DNA of 62,372 bases. Source: a virus. Its lineage: Duplodnaviria > Caudoviricetes. Position 1 is the stretch's first letter. Each line of letters starts with the position of its first letter. Below the pieces are notes generated by a model. It was not told the origin of the DNA and made no database searches. It saw nothing but the letters and a program-made list of their open reading frames with translations. Positions 43,459-53,495 of this stretch are shown piece by piece. The translations under genes and the position numbers were made by a program. The stretch lies in the IMG/VR virus record IMGVR_UViG_3300025769_000109, positions 1-62,372 of that record; one strand, 5' to 3'.

Positions 43459-45004
43459 TATGGCGTTAGACTTCTCTGAGGCCGACATCCAGAAACTTCT
43501 GGACAATTTAGACGCGTTTTCGCCAGATGAAATCGCTGAAATTGACAAAATGGCGGGAGAACTTACGGCCCGCAAAGAAAATCAAGCCGCTTACGACGAT
43601 TTAATTGAATTTTGTAAGCGGATGCAGCCAGATTACATCGTGGGTAAGCATCATCGTATGCTTGCTGACATGTTAATGGACATCGCAGAGGGTAAGAAGG
43701 ACCGTATCTGCGTCAATATTCCGCCCCGCCACGGAAAATCACAACTCGTATCTATTATGTTCCCGGCGTGGTTTCTGGGGCGGAACCCTACAAAGAAAGT
43801 CATGATGGTGTCTCACACCACTGACCTTGCTGTCGATTTTGGTCGTAAAGTACGTAACCTAATTGCCACCGACGCGTACCGTTCGGTATTTCCTACCACT
43901 TCACTGGCACAGGATAGCAAATCAGCAGGTAGATGGAACACCAACGTTGGAGGTGAATACTATGCGTGCGGTATTGGCTCGGCCTTGGCTGGTCGTGGCG
44001 CTGATTTACTTCTTGTTGACGATCCTCACTCTGAGCAAGACGTTATTAACGGAAACTTTGAAGTGTTCGAGAAAGCCTACGAATGGTTCACCTTCGGCGC
44101 AAGAACTCGACTTATGCCCGGGGGACGGGTAGCGATCATTCAGACGCGTTGGCACATGGACGATCTGACGGGGCGTGTGACGAACGATATGTCTAAGAAC
44201 GCCCGTGCTGACCAGTACGAGGTGGTGGAGTTCCCCGCGATCCTAGAGGTCAAGAACAAGAAAACGAATCAGTACGTAGAGAAACCACTGTGGCCTGAGT
44301 TCTTCGATTTGGACGCGTTACTGCGTACCAAAGCGTCTATGCCAGCCTTCCAGTGGAATGCGCAGTACCAGCAACAGCCGACCGCTGAAGAGGCGTCGAT
44401 TATTAAGCGTGAGTGGTGGAACATCTGGGAGCAGGACAACCCGCCTCCCTGTGAGTACATCATCATGTCGCTGGACGCGGCAGCAGAAACCCACAACCGT
44501 GCAGACTATACTGCACTGACTACGTGGGGGGTGTTTCTCAACGAAGAGACAAGCGCGTACAATATTATTTTGCTAAATAGCATCAAAAAGCGTATGGAGT
44601 TCCCAGAACTCAAAGAGCTTGCGATGGATGAATATTCTGAATGGGACCCCGATGCGTTTATCGTGGAGAAGAAGTCCGCAGGGACTGCGCTCTACCAAGA
44701 GATGCGCCGTATGGGGCTACCTGTCTCTGAGTATACCCCTCACCGAGGGTCTGGTGACAAGATGGCACGTCTGAACTCTGTATCGGATATTGTTGCATCA
44801 GAGCTAGTTTGGGTGCCGCCTACCAGATGGGCAGAAGAAGTGATAGAAGAGATTGCCGGATTCCCTTTTATGAGTCATGATGACCTTGTGGACTCAACGG
44901 TGATGGCTCTTATGAGATTCAGGCAAGGGGGCTTCATCAGGTTGCCAACGGACGAGCCTGAAGAACAAAGATACTTTAAGCAAAGACGCGGCGGGTATTA
45001 CTGA
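43451..45004 (+). CDS. terL: Terminase large subunit
   Basis: PPRHGKS Walker A, LLVDDP, QTRWH, YQQ.P, SLDAA, HDDLVDS. Confidence 0.95.
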   Translation: MNDMALDFSEADIQKLLDNLDAFSPDEIAEIDKMAGELTARKENQAAYDDLIEFCKRMQPDYIVGKHHRMLADMLMDIAEGKKDRICVNIPPRHGKSQLVSIMFPAWFLGRNPTKKVMMVSHTTDLAVDFGRKVRNLIATDAYRSVFPTTSLAQDSKSAGRWNTNVGGEYYACGIGSALAGRGADLLLVDDPHSEQDVINGNFEVFEKAYEWFTFGARTRLMPGGRVAIIQTRWHMDDLTGRVTNDMSKNARADQYEVVEFPAILEVKNKKTNQYVEKPLWPEFFDLDALLRTKASMPAFQWNAQYQQQPTAEEASIIKREWWNIWEQDNPPPCEYIIMSLDAAAETHNRADYTALTTWGVFLNEETSAYNIILLNSIKKRMEFPELKELAMDEYSEWDPDAFIVEKKSAGTALYQEMRRMGLPVSEYTPHRGSGDKMARLNSVSDIVASELVWVPPTRWAEEVIEEIAGFPFMSHDDLVDSTVMALMRFRQGGFIRLPTDEPEEQRYFKQRRGGYY

Positions 45005-45015
45005 GAGGTTAAGTT

Positions 45016-47466
45016 ATGGCTATAGAAAAAGGAATCTACTCCGCCCCCGAAGGCGTCTCTGAGGAGGAGAACGGCGAAGAGCTAGAGATCGAGATTGTCG
45101 ATCCCGAAGCGGTCACGCTGTCTGATGGGTCTATGGAGATCACCATAATCCCTGACGTGGAGATTAGTGACTTTGTCGAATTTGACATGAACCTTGCCGA
45201 GGTTCTGGACGATAGCCACCTACAAGAATTATCGGGAGACCTTGTTGGTCTCATCGAAGCCGATATTGACGGACGTAAAGAATGGGCTGATACGTTCGTC
45301 AAGGGCTTGGACGTGCTGGGCTTCAAGTATGAAGAACGTACGGAGCCGTGGGAAGGGTCCTGTGGGGTCTATTCCACCGTGCTCGCGGAAGCTGCTATCC
45401 GCTTCCAAGCAGAAACAATGTCTGAAACGTTCCCTGCTGCGGGGCCTGTAAAGGTCAAAATCCTTGGGCAAGAAACAAAGGAGAAGATGGAAGCCGCAGA
45501 GCGCGTTAAAACGGACATGAACTACGAGTTGACCGAGCGTATGGTCGAGTACCGCTCCGAACACGAGCGGCTCCTGTACAGCCTTGGGTTGGCTGGTAGC
45601 GCATTTAAGAAGGTCTACTACGATCCAAACGTGGGTCGTCAGGTAGCTATCTATATTCCAGCGGAAGATGTGATTGTGCCTTACGGTGCGAGCCACATTG
45701 AGACCGCAGAGCGTGTGACACACGTCATGCGCAAGACCAAGAATGAGTTGCGCAAGCTACAGGCAGCGGGGTTTTACCGTGACGTCGAGCTAGGCGAACC
45801 ACAACCATACCACTCAGATATTGAAGAACGTAAAGCGGAAGAGGGTGGGTTCTCACTCACCGATGACAACCGCTATGCGTTGTACGAAATACACGCTGAT
45901 TTTGTTATCGAAGGTATCGACGATTCAGACGAAGAGATTGCAAAACCGTACGTTGTCACTATCGAACGCGGTAGTGGCGAGGTGTTGGCTATTCGCCGTA
46001 ACTGGAGCGAAGAAGACGACCTACATCTGAAGCGTCAGCACTTTGTGCATTATGTGTACGTGCCGGGATTTGGTTTCTACGGGCTTGGCCTCATCCATAT
46101 CATTGGTGGATATGCGAGGGCAGGCACGTCCTTGATACGTCAGCTTGTTGATGCTGGTACGCTCTCCAACCTCCCGGGAGGGCTGAAGTCCCGTGGACTC
46201 CGTATCAAGGGCGATGATACGCCGATTGAACCCGGCGAGTGGAAGGATGTTGATGTGCCTAGCGGGTCTATCCGCGACAACATCATGCCGCTTCCCTACA
46301 AAGAACCTAGCCAAACCCTTCTTGCCTTACTGAATCAAATTACGAACGAAGGACGTAGGCTAGGCGCTATTTCAGACATGAACATCTCAGACATGTCTGC
46401 GAATGCGCCTGTTGGCACAACGCTTGCTTTGCTTGAGCGGACGTTGAAGCCTATGGCTGCGGTACAAGCCCGCGTCCATTACGCCATGAAACAAGAGTTT
46501 AAGATGCTCAAGGAGATCATGGCGGAGTATGCACCCGAGGATTATGGCTACGAGCCACATCGTGGTGAGATCAGCGCACGTCAGCTTGACTATGCGATGG
46601 TGGACGTTATTCCGGTCAGCGACCCGAACTCCTCGACGATGGCACAACGGGTTGTGCAGTACCAAGCTGTGCTTCAGATGGCGCAGTCAGCACCACAAAT
46701 TTATGACCTGCCACAGCTACACAGGCAGATGATTGAAGTATTGGGCGTGAAGAACGCCGACAAACTCGTTCCCACACGGGACGACGCAAAACCTGCCGAT
46801 CCAGTCAGCGAGAACATGGACGCACTGGTTGGCAAGCCTATGCGGGCATTTATCTACCAAGATCATCAGGCGCACATTGCAGCGCATACGTCCTTCATGC
46901 AGGACCCGCAGATTGCTCAGATGATTGGTCAGAACCCGCAAGCCCAGCAGATTATGGCGTCTCTACAGGCCCATATCGCAGAACACCTTGGCTTCCAGTA
47001 TCGTCAGCAGATCGAGGAGAAGCTAGGAGCACCGCTCCCACCGCCCGGCGAGGAGCTACCAGAGCAAATCGAAGTGGATTTGTCACGTCTCGTTGCAGAG
47101 GCAGGCGCACAGCTTATGCAAAGTCATCAGCAAGAAGCAGCGCAGAAGCAGGCTCAGCAACAGCAGCAAGACCCTGTGTTCCAACAGAAACAAGCAGAGC
47201 TACAGATCAAGGCACAAGAAGTGCAGCGTAAAGCAGCTAAAGACCAGCAAGAGACACAAATCAAGCAAGCTGAACTGCAACGCAAGGCCCAGAAGGACCA
47301 GATTGACGCTGTATTGGATGCCGAAAAGCTCAAACTTGATAGGCAAGAACTTCAGCTTGACGCCCAGAAAGAGGGTGTTCGTGTGGCGGCAGACCGTCGC
47401 AAGGACAACAACAAGCTAGATTTAGAGATTGCCAGAATGATGGATAACCGTAACAGGGGTAAATAA
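45016..47466 (+). CDS. Portal protein
   Basis: 816 aa after terL; GSAFKKVYYD, FYGLGL, Gln-rich C-terminal coiled coil (P22-like barrel). Confidence 0.85.
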   Translation: MAIEKGIYSAPEGVSEEENGEELEIEIVDPEAVTLSDGSMEITIIPDVEISDFVEFDMNLAEVLDDSHLQELSGDLVGLIEADIDGRKEWADTFVKGLDVLGFKYEERTEPWEGSCGVYSTVLAEAAIRFQAETMSETFPAAGPVKVKILGQETKEKMEAAERVKTDMNYELTERMVEYRSEHERLLYSLGLAGSAFKKVYYDPNVGRQVAIYIPAEDVIVPYGASHIETAERVTHVMRKTKNELRKLQAAGFYRDVELGEPQPYHSDIEERKAEEGGFSLTDDNRYALYEIHADFVIEGIDDSDEEIAKPYVVTIERGSGEVLAIRRNWSEEDDLHLKRQHFVHYVYVPGFGFYGLGLIHIIGGYARAGTSLIRQLVDAGTLSNLPGGLKSRGLRIKGDDTPIEPGEWKDVDVPSGSIRDNIMPLPYKEPSQTLLALLNQITNEGRRLGAISDMNISDMSANAPVGTTLALLERTLKPMAAVQARVHYAMKQEFKMLKEIMAEYAPEDYGYEPHRGEISARQLDYAMVDVIPVSDPNSSTMAQRVVQYQAVLQMAQSAPQIYDLPQLHRQMIEVLGVKNADKLVPTRDDAKPADPVSENMDALVGKPMRAFIYQDHQAHIAAHTSFMQDPQIAQMIGQNPQAQQIMASLQAHIAEHLGFQYRQQIEEKLGAPLPPPGEELPEQIEVDLSRLVAEAGAQLMQSHQQEAAQKQAQQQQQDPVFQQKQAELQIKAQEVQRKAAKDQQETQIKQAELQRKAQKDQIDAVLDAEKLKLDRQELQLDAQKEGVRVAADRRKDNNKLDLEIARMMDNRNRGK

Positions 47467-47663
47467 TGGCAAAAACCGTCTTTGACGTGCTCAATGAACG
47501 TATCGACGAGCAAATCTCGTCTGCACAAGTTTTCCTAAATAGTGGGTCTGCTAAAGACTACGCTAATTATAGGGAAGTTGTTGGTCTTCTTCGGGGTCTT
47601 GAGGTCAGCAAACAATTCGTAGAAGACCTCTCGCGTAATTTTATGGATGACGATGATGACTAA
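47466..47663 (+). CDS. Small hypothetical protein
   Basis: DYANYREVVGLLRGL between portal and GroES. Confidence 0.7.
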   Translation: MAKTVFDVLNERIDEQISSAQVFLNSGSAKDYANYREVVGLLRGLEVSKQFVEDLSRNFMDDDDD

Positions 47664-48099
47664 AACTCAAGCACTAGAACTGCCTGATGCACTGCAAGAG
47701 AAAATTGAGGCACAACAAGAGCGCTTTGAAGCTGCTCGTAAGGATTTGACGCCAGAGGAGTGGGAAGCACAGCTACCCAAGCCCGTTGGCTACCGCCTCC
47801 TAATTGCTCTGCCTGATGTAGAAGAATATTACCAAGGTAGTACGCTACTCAAAACCACTGAAGCCATGCACCGTGAGTACATCACGTCAATCATGGGCGT
47901 CGTTTTGGACATGGGCGCGGACGCGTATACTGACAAAGAACGCTTCCCCGAAGGTCCGTGGTGTAAAGAAGGCGACTACGTAATGTTCCGTATGAATACG
48001 GGAACCCGCTTCAAGGTAAATGGTAAGGAGTTTCGTCTGATGAACGATGACTCCGTGGAGGCCGTTATCCCTGATCCCCGTGGCATCATGGCAGTATAG
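47656..48099 (+). CDS. groES: GroES-like co-chaperonin
   Basis: PKPVGYRLLI, GVVLDMG, KEGDYVMF, FRLMNDDSVEAVI. Confidence 0.8.
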   Translation: MTKTQALELPDALQEKIEAQQERFEAARKDLTPEEWEAQLPKPVGYRLLIALPDVEEYYQGSTLLKTTEAMHREYITSIMGVVLDMGADAYTDKERFPEGPWCKEGDYVMFRMNTGTRFKVNGKEFRLMNDDSVEAVIPDPRGIMAV

Positions 48100-48109
48100 G
48101 AGGCAAAAC

Positions 48110-49156
48110 ATGCCGTTTCAAAAAGTAGAATTTGAGTTTCCTGACGAAACTAAAGACGAGAAAGCAGTCGACATCGAGATCGAACCGTCGAGTGCAGAAG
48201 AGGTAGATATTGGTGGGAAGAAGGCTAAAGCAAAAGCTCAGCAATCTAAGGATGTCGTTGAAAGCGAAGTGGATTCTGACGACGACGAGTATGAGATTGA
48301 AGTGGTTGACGATACGCCCAAGGCTGATCGCAACCGTAAGCCGTCTGATCCCCCTGAAGACGTTACGGACGAAGAACTGGAGGATTACTCCGAGAAGGTT
48401 CGTAAGCGTATCCAGCATTTCAGCAAAGGTTACCACGATGAGCGTAGGGCTAAAGAACAGGCTCAGCGCGAGCGTGAAGAGCTTGAAAGGCTCTCTCAGC
48501 AGCTTGTTGAAGAGAATAAAAAACTCAAGGCCAACGTAAATAAGAACCAGACGGCTCTGCTTGAACAAGCTAAGAAAAGCGCGGCATCAGAGCTAGAAGG
48601 GGCTAAAAAGGCATACAAAGACGCGTATGAGGCTGGAGACTCAGATAAAGTCCTCGAAGCGCAAGAAAGTCTAACCAATGCCAAGATTAAGGCTGATAGG
48701 CTAAATAATTTCAAGTTACCAGCTTTACAGGAAGAAGAAACTCCTGTTAAGGTGGCATCAGAACCCGCTCCAGAGCCAGTTCAGGTTGATGCAAAGGCAC
48801 AGGCTTGGCAAGAAGCTAACCCTTGGTTCAATCAGGACATAGAGATGACAAGTTATGCACTGGGGCTGCATAATAAACTTGTCAACGAGGAGGGGGTAGC
48901 CCCTTCGAGTGATGAATACTACGAGCGAATTGACGCTCGTATGCGACAGTTATTCCCCGAAAATTTCGAGGATGACGCGGAGGTAGAACCGAAGCCAAAG
49001 AGAAAGTCAAATGTGGTTGCACCCGCTACGCGGAGCACAGCACCTAAGAAGATTAGGTTAACGCAGACACAACTGACCCTCGCAAAACGTCTAGGTCTAA
49101 CTCCAGAACAGTACGCCAAACAGGTTGCATTAGATATGAGGAAAGAAAATGGCTGA
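48110..49156 (+). CDS. Capsid scaffolding protein (putative)
   Basis: Acidic N-terminus, long coiled coil, C-terminal AKRLGLTPEQYAK; upstream of capsid genes. Confidence 0.7.
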   Translation: MPFQKVEFEFPDETKDEKAVDIEIEPSSAEEVDIGGKKAKAKAQQSKDVVESEVDSDDDEYEIEVVDDTPKADRNRKPSDPPEDVTDEELEDYSEKVRKRIQHFSKGYHDERRAKEQAQREREELERLSQQLVEENKKLKANVNKNQTALLEQAKKSAASELEGAKKAYKDAYEAGDSDKVLEAQESLTNAKIKADRLNNFKLPALQEEETPVKVASEPAPEPVQVDAKAQAWQEANPWFNQDIEMTSYALGLHNKLVNEEGVAPSSDEYYERIDARMRQLFPENFEDDAEVEPKPKRKSNVVAPATRSTAPKKIRLTQTQLTLAKRLGLTPEQYAKQVALDMRKENG

Positions 49157-49598
49157 GAATCGTATAAACCGAGAACTTGAGTCCCGTGAAAAAACGACCC
49201 GTAAGAAGGCTTGGCAGCGTCCCGAAGTGCTTCCAGCACCAAATCCCGAGCCGGGTTATGAATTTCGTTGGATTCGCGTTAGTTCACTAGGTAATGTTGA
49301 CGCCACGAACGTTTCCTCAAAACTTCGTGAAGGTTGGGAACCCGTAAAGGCTACGGATCACCCTGAAATTACGTTGGTTACTATCGAGAACGATAAGTTC
49401 AAAGATAACGTCGTAATTGGTGGTTTGTTGCTTTGTAAGGCTCCAGCGGAACTTGTCACCGAGCGTAATGACTACTATCAACAGCAAACCCGCTCGCAGA
49501 TGCACTCCGTTGACAACAACCTCATGAGAGAAAACGACCCTCGTATGCCTCTGTTTAACGACAGAAAAACGAAGGTTACATTTGGTAACGGAACTTAA
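49149..49598 (+). CDS. Head-module hypothetical protein
   Basis: PGYEFRWIR, LREGWEPV, GGLLLCK. Confidence 0.65.
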   Translation: MAENRINRELESREKTTRKKAWQRPEVLPAPNPEPGYEFRWIRVSSLGNVDATNVSSKLREGWEPVKATDHPEITLVTIENDKFKDNVVIGGLLLCKAPAELVTERNDYYQQQTRSQMHSVDNNLMRENDPRMPLFNDRKTKVTFGNGT

Positions 49599-49610
49599 TA
49601 GGAGCTTAAA

Positions 49611-50204
49611 ATGGCTTATCCTACTGTAAGCGGGCCTTACGGCCTAGTTCCGGTAAAACTGTTGAGCGGCTCTCCTTTCGTGGGCGTAACTCGTCACTTC
49701 AAAATTGCGAGTGGCTACGCTACTTCCATCTTCTATGGGGACGCTGTAAAACTAGTTACCGGAGGCACTGTCGAACGCGATACGTTTGATGCTGCCATGA
49801 CACCTGTCGGTGTTTTCCTTGGTTGCACGTACACTGATCCAAACCTTGGCTACAAGGTATGGCGTCAGTCGTATCCTGCAAGCACTGTCGCATCTGACAT
49901 CGAAGCATTCGTTGCAGATGGTACTGACATTCTGTTCAAAGCCGCTGTTGTATCTTCTGGTACAACCATTGGTGATCTTGCACAGACCGACATTGGTGCC
50001 AACGTCGCGGGTGTAGACAATACTGGTGATTCTACTTCGGGTAACTCCCGTTGTGCGATTTCAGATACGTCTGCAACCACTAACACTCTTCCTTTCCGTA
50101 TCATCGGATTGGTTGAGGAAACCAAAAACAGCTCGGGTGGTTATACCGAAGCCTACGTTAAATGGAACGCAGGCCATCAGTATGACAGCACGACTGGCGT
50201 ATAA
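49611..50204 (+). CDS. Putative capsid decoration/minor capsid protein
   Basis: PYGLVPV, IFYGDAV, GVFLGC; immediately before major capsid gene. Confidence 0.6.
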   Translation: MAYPTVSGPYGLVPVKLLSGSPFVGVTRHFKIASGYATSIFYGDAVKLVTGGTVERDTFDAAMTPVGVFLGCTYTDPNLGYKVWRQSYPASTVASDIEAFVADGTDILFKAAVVSSGTTIGDLAQTDIGANVAGVDNTGDSTSGNSRCAISDTSATTNTLPFRIIGLVEETKNSSGGYTEAYVKWNAGHQYDSTTGV

Positions 50205-50217
50205 GGAGGAGTAGACA

Positions 50218-51132
50218 ATGGCTATTTCACGCGCCCAGTTACTTAAAGAACTCCTTCCCGGCCTGAACGCTCTGTTCGGAATGGAGTACGCGAAATATGG
50301 CGAAGAGCACGCCGAAATTTACGAAACTGAGTCCTCAGACCGCTCATTTGAGGAAGAGACCAAATTATCGGGCTTCTCAGCAGCACCTGTTAAAAACGAA
50401 GGTGCCGCGATTGAGTACGATAATGCTCAAGAAGCATGGACCGCGCGTTATACGCACGAGACCGTGGCGATGGGTTTCTCTATTACTGAGGAAGCTATCG
50501 AAGATAACTTGTATGACTCTTTGTCTGCTCGTTATACCAAGGCTCTCGCACGTGCTATGGCGTACACCAAACAGGTTAAAGCTGCTGCAATCTTGAACCA
50601 AGCGTTCACAGGTTCTGGCAACCCAACCTACGGTGACGGCAAGGTACTTTGTGCCACCGACCACCCGCTTGTTTCTGGCGGTACCAACTCCAACCGTCCT
50701 ACTGTTGCTGCTGATCTCAACGAGACTTCTCTTGAAGCCGCAGTTATTCAGATCGCTGGTTGGACTGACGAGCGTGGTCTGCTCATCGCAGCTAAGCCTC
50801 GTAAGCTGGTTATTCCACCGAACCTACAGTTCGTTGCAACTCGTTTGCTCGACACTGAAGGACGTGTGGGTACGGCTGACAACGACATCAACGCCATCCG
50901 TAACAACGGTTCGATCCCAGAGGGTTACACTGTTAACCACTATCTGACCGATACCGACGCATGGTTCTTGATGACCGACGTTCCTAACGGCTTGAAGCAC
51001 TTTGTCCGTACTCCGATGTCTACGTCTATGGACGCTGACTTCGATACTGGCAACAGCCGCTATAAAGCCCGTGAGCGTTATTCGTTCGGGGTATCTGACC
51101 CACTGGGCATCTTCGGTTCGCCGGGTGCTTAA
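50218..51132 (+). CDS. Major capsid protein
   Basis: 304 aa, strong AAGGAGGAG RBS, FSITEEAIEDNLY, KLVIPP, KARERYSFG; followed by terminator. Confidence 0.85.
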   Translation: MAISRAQLLKELLPGLNALFGMEYAKYGEEHAEIYETESSDRSFEEETKLSGFSAAPVKNEGAAIEYDNAQEAWTARYTHETVAMGFSITEEAIEDNLYDSLSARYTKALARAMAYTKQVKAAAILNQAFTGSGNPTYGDGKVLCATDHPLVSGGTNSNRPTVAADLNETSLEAAVIQIAGWTDERGLLIAAKPRKLVIPPNLQFVATRLLDTEGRVGTADNDINAIRNNGSIPEGYTVNHYLTDTDAWFLMTDVPNGLKHFVRTPMSTSMDADFDTGNSRYKARERYSFGVSDPLGIFGSPGA

Positions 51133-51137
51133 TAGGG

Positions 51138-51168
51138 AGGGGGCAATTTATTTGCCCCCTTTCTCTTT
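51138..51168 (+). terminator. Intrinsic terminator after capsid gene, overlapping a possible promoter
   Basis: AGGGGGCAA-TTTAT-TTGCCCCCT then TTCTCTTT; TTGCCC-17 nt-TATAAG at 51152-51180. Confidence 0.65.
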
Positions 51169-51238
51169 ATATGCTATAAGAAGTTAATCCCTGACAGTTT
51201 CGTGGTGAAACTGACACTAGCCAAGACAGGAGATTCAC

Positions 51239-51454
51239 ATGGCTAATACTACGTTCCAAGGTCCAGTCCGTTCTGAGAATGGCTTTAAGGACATCACTAA
51301 AGCTGCTGGCACTGGCACCGTAACTGAGAACATCTCGATTACGCACGACGGTACTAACAGCGTTGTTATCTTCACTGATCTTCCGACTTCTGATCCGTCT
51401 GTCGCAGGGCAGCTTTGGAGTAACTCAGGCGTTCTGACGGTCTCCGCAGGTTAA
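51239..51454 (+). CDS. Small virion structural protein (putative)
   Basis: TTFQGPVRSENGF, LPTSDPSVAGQLW. Confidence 0.65.
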   Translation: MANTTFQGPVRSENGFKDITKAAGTGTVTENISITHDGTNSVVIFTDLPTSDPSVAGQLWSNSGVLTVSAG

Positions 51455-51465
51455 GGAGATAGCTC

Positions 51466-51741
51466 ATGTCTAATTCAGACGTTCGCGCCAAACGCGTTAC
51501 CGCCGCAGCCTCTCTCGCAGTAGGCCCAGCGCGTATCCGTCAGGTGCAAGTGTTGACAGGGGCAGGAGCAGGGCGTCTAACCATCACTGATGGTGATGGA
51601 GGTTCGACTGTTTTGGACCTCGATTTCCTTGCGTCTGATTCCCACTCTGTAAACATCCCCGATTGGGGCATACGTTGTGAGACTGATGTGTTCATCACTG
51701 CGATGACCAACATCACGGCCATGACGGTGTTCTACAGCTAG
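51466..51741 (+). CDS. Small beta-rich virion protein (putative)
   Basis: AAGGAG RBS; IPDWGI...TVFY. Confidence 0.65.
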   Translation: MSNSDVRAKRVTAAASLAVGPARIRQVQVLTGAGAGRLTITDGDGGSTVLDLDFLASDSHSVNIPDWGIRCETDVFITAMTNITAMTVFYS

Positions 51742-51750
51742 GGGGCGGGT

Positions 51751-52059
51751 ATGAGAGCTTACTACAAAAAAGGTGGCTCCGTAAAAACCGCTGCGTGGCA
51801 ACGCAAGGAAGGCAAAAGTGAGTCTGGTGGGCTGAACGCCAAAGGTGTTGCGAGTTACCGTCGGGAAAACCCCGGCAGTAAACTCAAAACGGCTGTGACT
51901 ACAAAACCCAGCAAACTCAAAAAAGGCTCTAAAGCGGCAAAACGTCGCAAGTCATTTTGTGCCCGCATGAAGGGCATGAAGAAGCGCAATACCAGCGCAA
52001 AGACTGCAAACGATCCGAACAGCCGTATTAACAAGAGCTTACGAAAATGGAACTGCTGA
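51751..52059 (+). CDS. Small basic protein
   Basis: Lys/Arg-rich; GGLNAKG, RRKSFCARM, LRKWNC. Confidence 0.75.
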   Translation: MRAYYKKGGSVKTAAWQRKEGKSESGGLNAKGVASYRRENPGSKLKTAVTTKPSKLKKGSKAAKRRKSFCARMKGMKKRNTSAKTANDPNSRINKSLRKWNC

Positions 52060-52060
52060 T

Positions 52061-52528
52061 ATGGCGATTTCACGGACACAAATGGGGTCTCAACTAAGAG
52101 GTGACAGGATGCCCGCGAAATCTGCAAAACAACAACGTTTTATGTCCGCAGTAGCAAACAACCCAAAGTTTGCAAAGAAAGTTGAAGTACCTAAAAGCGT
52201 AGGAGAAGAGTTCATGAAAACCAAAAAATACCAGATGGGTGGAATGACCCAAATGCGCCAAGCACCGCAAGACGAGTCTTTGATGAAGGGTCGTAATCGT
52301 CGTATGCCTTCTATGCCAGACGCGCCAATGGCTCCTCCAAAGCCGTTGCCCGGCAAGCCTAAGAAGAAGCGTCAAGGTCCACGCGGTGGCCCGGGAATGC
52401 CTCAAATGCCCATGATGAAGTCTGGCGGTATGGCTAAGAAATACAAGTCTGGCGGCAAAGTTCGTGGCTGTGGTATGGCGAAACAAGGTGTTCGCGCTGC
52501 CAAAATGGTAACGATGAAAGGTTCCTAA
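52061..52528 (+). CDS. Basic low-complexity protein with three xxxGG motifs (start 52061 or 52109)
   Basis: SAKQQRFM, YQMGG, MKSGG, YKSGG, RGCGMA. Confidence 0.7.
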   Translation: MAISRTQMGSQLRGDRMPAKSAKQQRFMSAVANNPKFAKKVEVPKSVGEEFMKTKKYQMGGMTQMRQAPQDESLMKGRNRRMPSMPDAPMAPPKPLPGKPKKKRQGPRGGPGMPQMPMMKSGGMAKKYKSGGKVRGCGMAKQGVRAAKMVTMKGS

Positions 52529-52728
52529 TGCGCCGATACTACCGAAACTCAGGCTGCGGCTGTTCGGAATGTAATAAGGGCTACAAGAAAGGCGGCTCGG
52601 TGAAGGATGCGTGTTATCACAAGGTGAAATCACGCTACAAAGTCTTCCCGTCCGCCTATGCTTCTGGAGCGATTGCGTCTTGCCGAAAGAAGGGCGCTAA
52701 GAACTGGGGCAACAAAGGAAGTAAGTAA
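52528..52728 (+). CDS. Small basic protein
   Basis: KDACYHKVKSRYKVFPSAYASG. Confidence 0.7.
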   Translation: MRRYYRNSGCGCSECNKGYKKGGSVKDACYHKVKSRYKVFPSAYASGAIASCRKKGAKNWGNKGSK

Positions 52729-53012
52729 TGGCTGTTCGTAAGACTGCAAAAGGTGCTGCACTGAAACGCTGGTTCAAAGAGGACTGGAAAGATGTGCGTA
52801 CTGGCAAGGCTTGCGGACGAACGAAAGGGGAGAAGCGCGGCACACCGTATTGTAGACCTACAAAACGTGTATCAAGTAAGACCCCCAAAACCAGTGGCGA
52901 GATGAGTTCTTCCGAGAAGAAGAGCAAAATCGCACAGAAAAAGCGGTTAGGACAACCTGCTGGCAAGCCTCGCAGAGTGTCTCCCGCTAAGCGGAAAAGG
53001 GGGAAGAAGTGA
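52728..53012 (+). CDS. Small basic protein
   Basis: LKRWFKEDW, PYCRPTKRVSSKTPKT. Confidence 0.7.
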   Translation: MAVRKTAKGAALKRWFKEDWKDVRTGKACGRTKGEKRGTPYCRPTKRVSSKTPKTSGEMSSSEKKSKIAQKKRLGQPAGKPRRVSPAKRKRGKK

Positions 53013-53320
53013 TGGAAATCTTCCAGAACGGCAGGTTCTCTACAGGTGAACCAGTGTACCAAATTGGCACAAAGAATGCTGATGGTACATACGAAGTAAA
53101 AGTCTTTGACCTGATGACCAAAGCACAGGCAGAGGCAAAGCTAGAGTCTATGGGTGGCAAGAAAAAGCCTGCGGCCTCGAAGAAAAAAGCTGTACCTGAC
53201 TATTCGGGTATGACTAAAACTGAACTTGAAGCGTTTATGCGCGAGTACGGTGTGGAGTTGGACCGTCGTAAGACGAAAGCCGACTTGATGAAACAAGTAG
53301 ACGAGTATTTTAATGGCTAA
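53012..53320 (+). CDS. Hypothetical protein with C-terminal HeH/Rho-N-like helical motif
   Basis: MTKTELEAFMREYGVELDRRKTKADL. Confidence 0.6.
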   Translation: MEIFQNGRFSTGEPVYQIGTKNADGTYEVKVFDLMTKAQAEAKLESMGGKKKPAASKKKAVPDYSGMTKTELEAFMREYGVELDRRKTKADLMKQVDEYFNG

Positions 53321-53495
53321 AGGCGTTAAACATTACTTTGCTGACGGCAGAGAGCATAAAGGCGGGATGCACAAGCACCCTGACGGAAAGCTCATGACAG
53401 GTAAAGTAATGTCTAACACTTCAAAGAAACTCTACCATTACGGTGAGTTATCTGCGAAAGCTAAGAAAAAAGCTCGTAGTGGGTGGAAAAAATGA
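53313..53495 (+). CDS. Small basic His-rich protein
   Basis: HKGGMHKHPDGKLMTG...LYH. Confidence 0.65.
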   Translation: MAKGVKHYFADGREHKGGMHKHPDGKLMTGKVMSNTSKKLYHYGELSAKAKKKARSGWKK

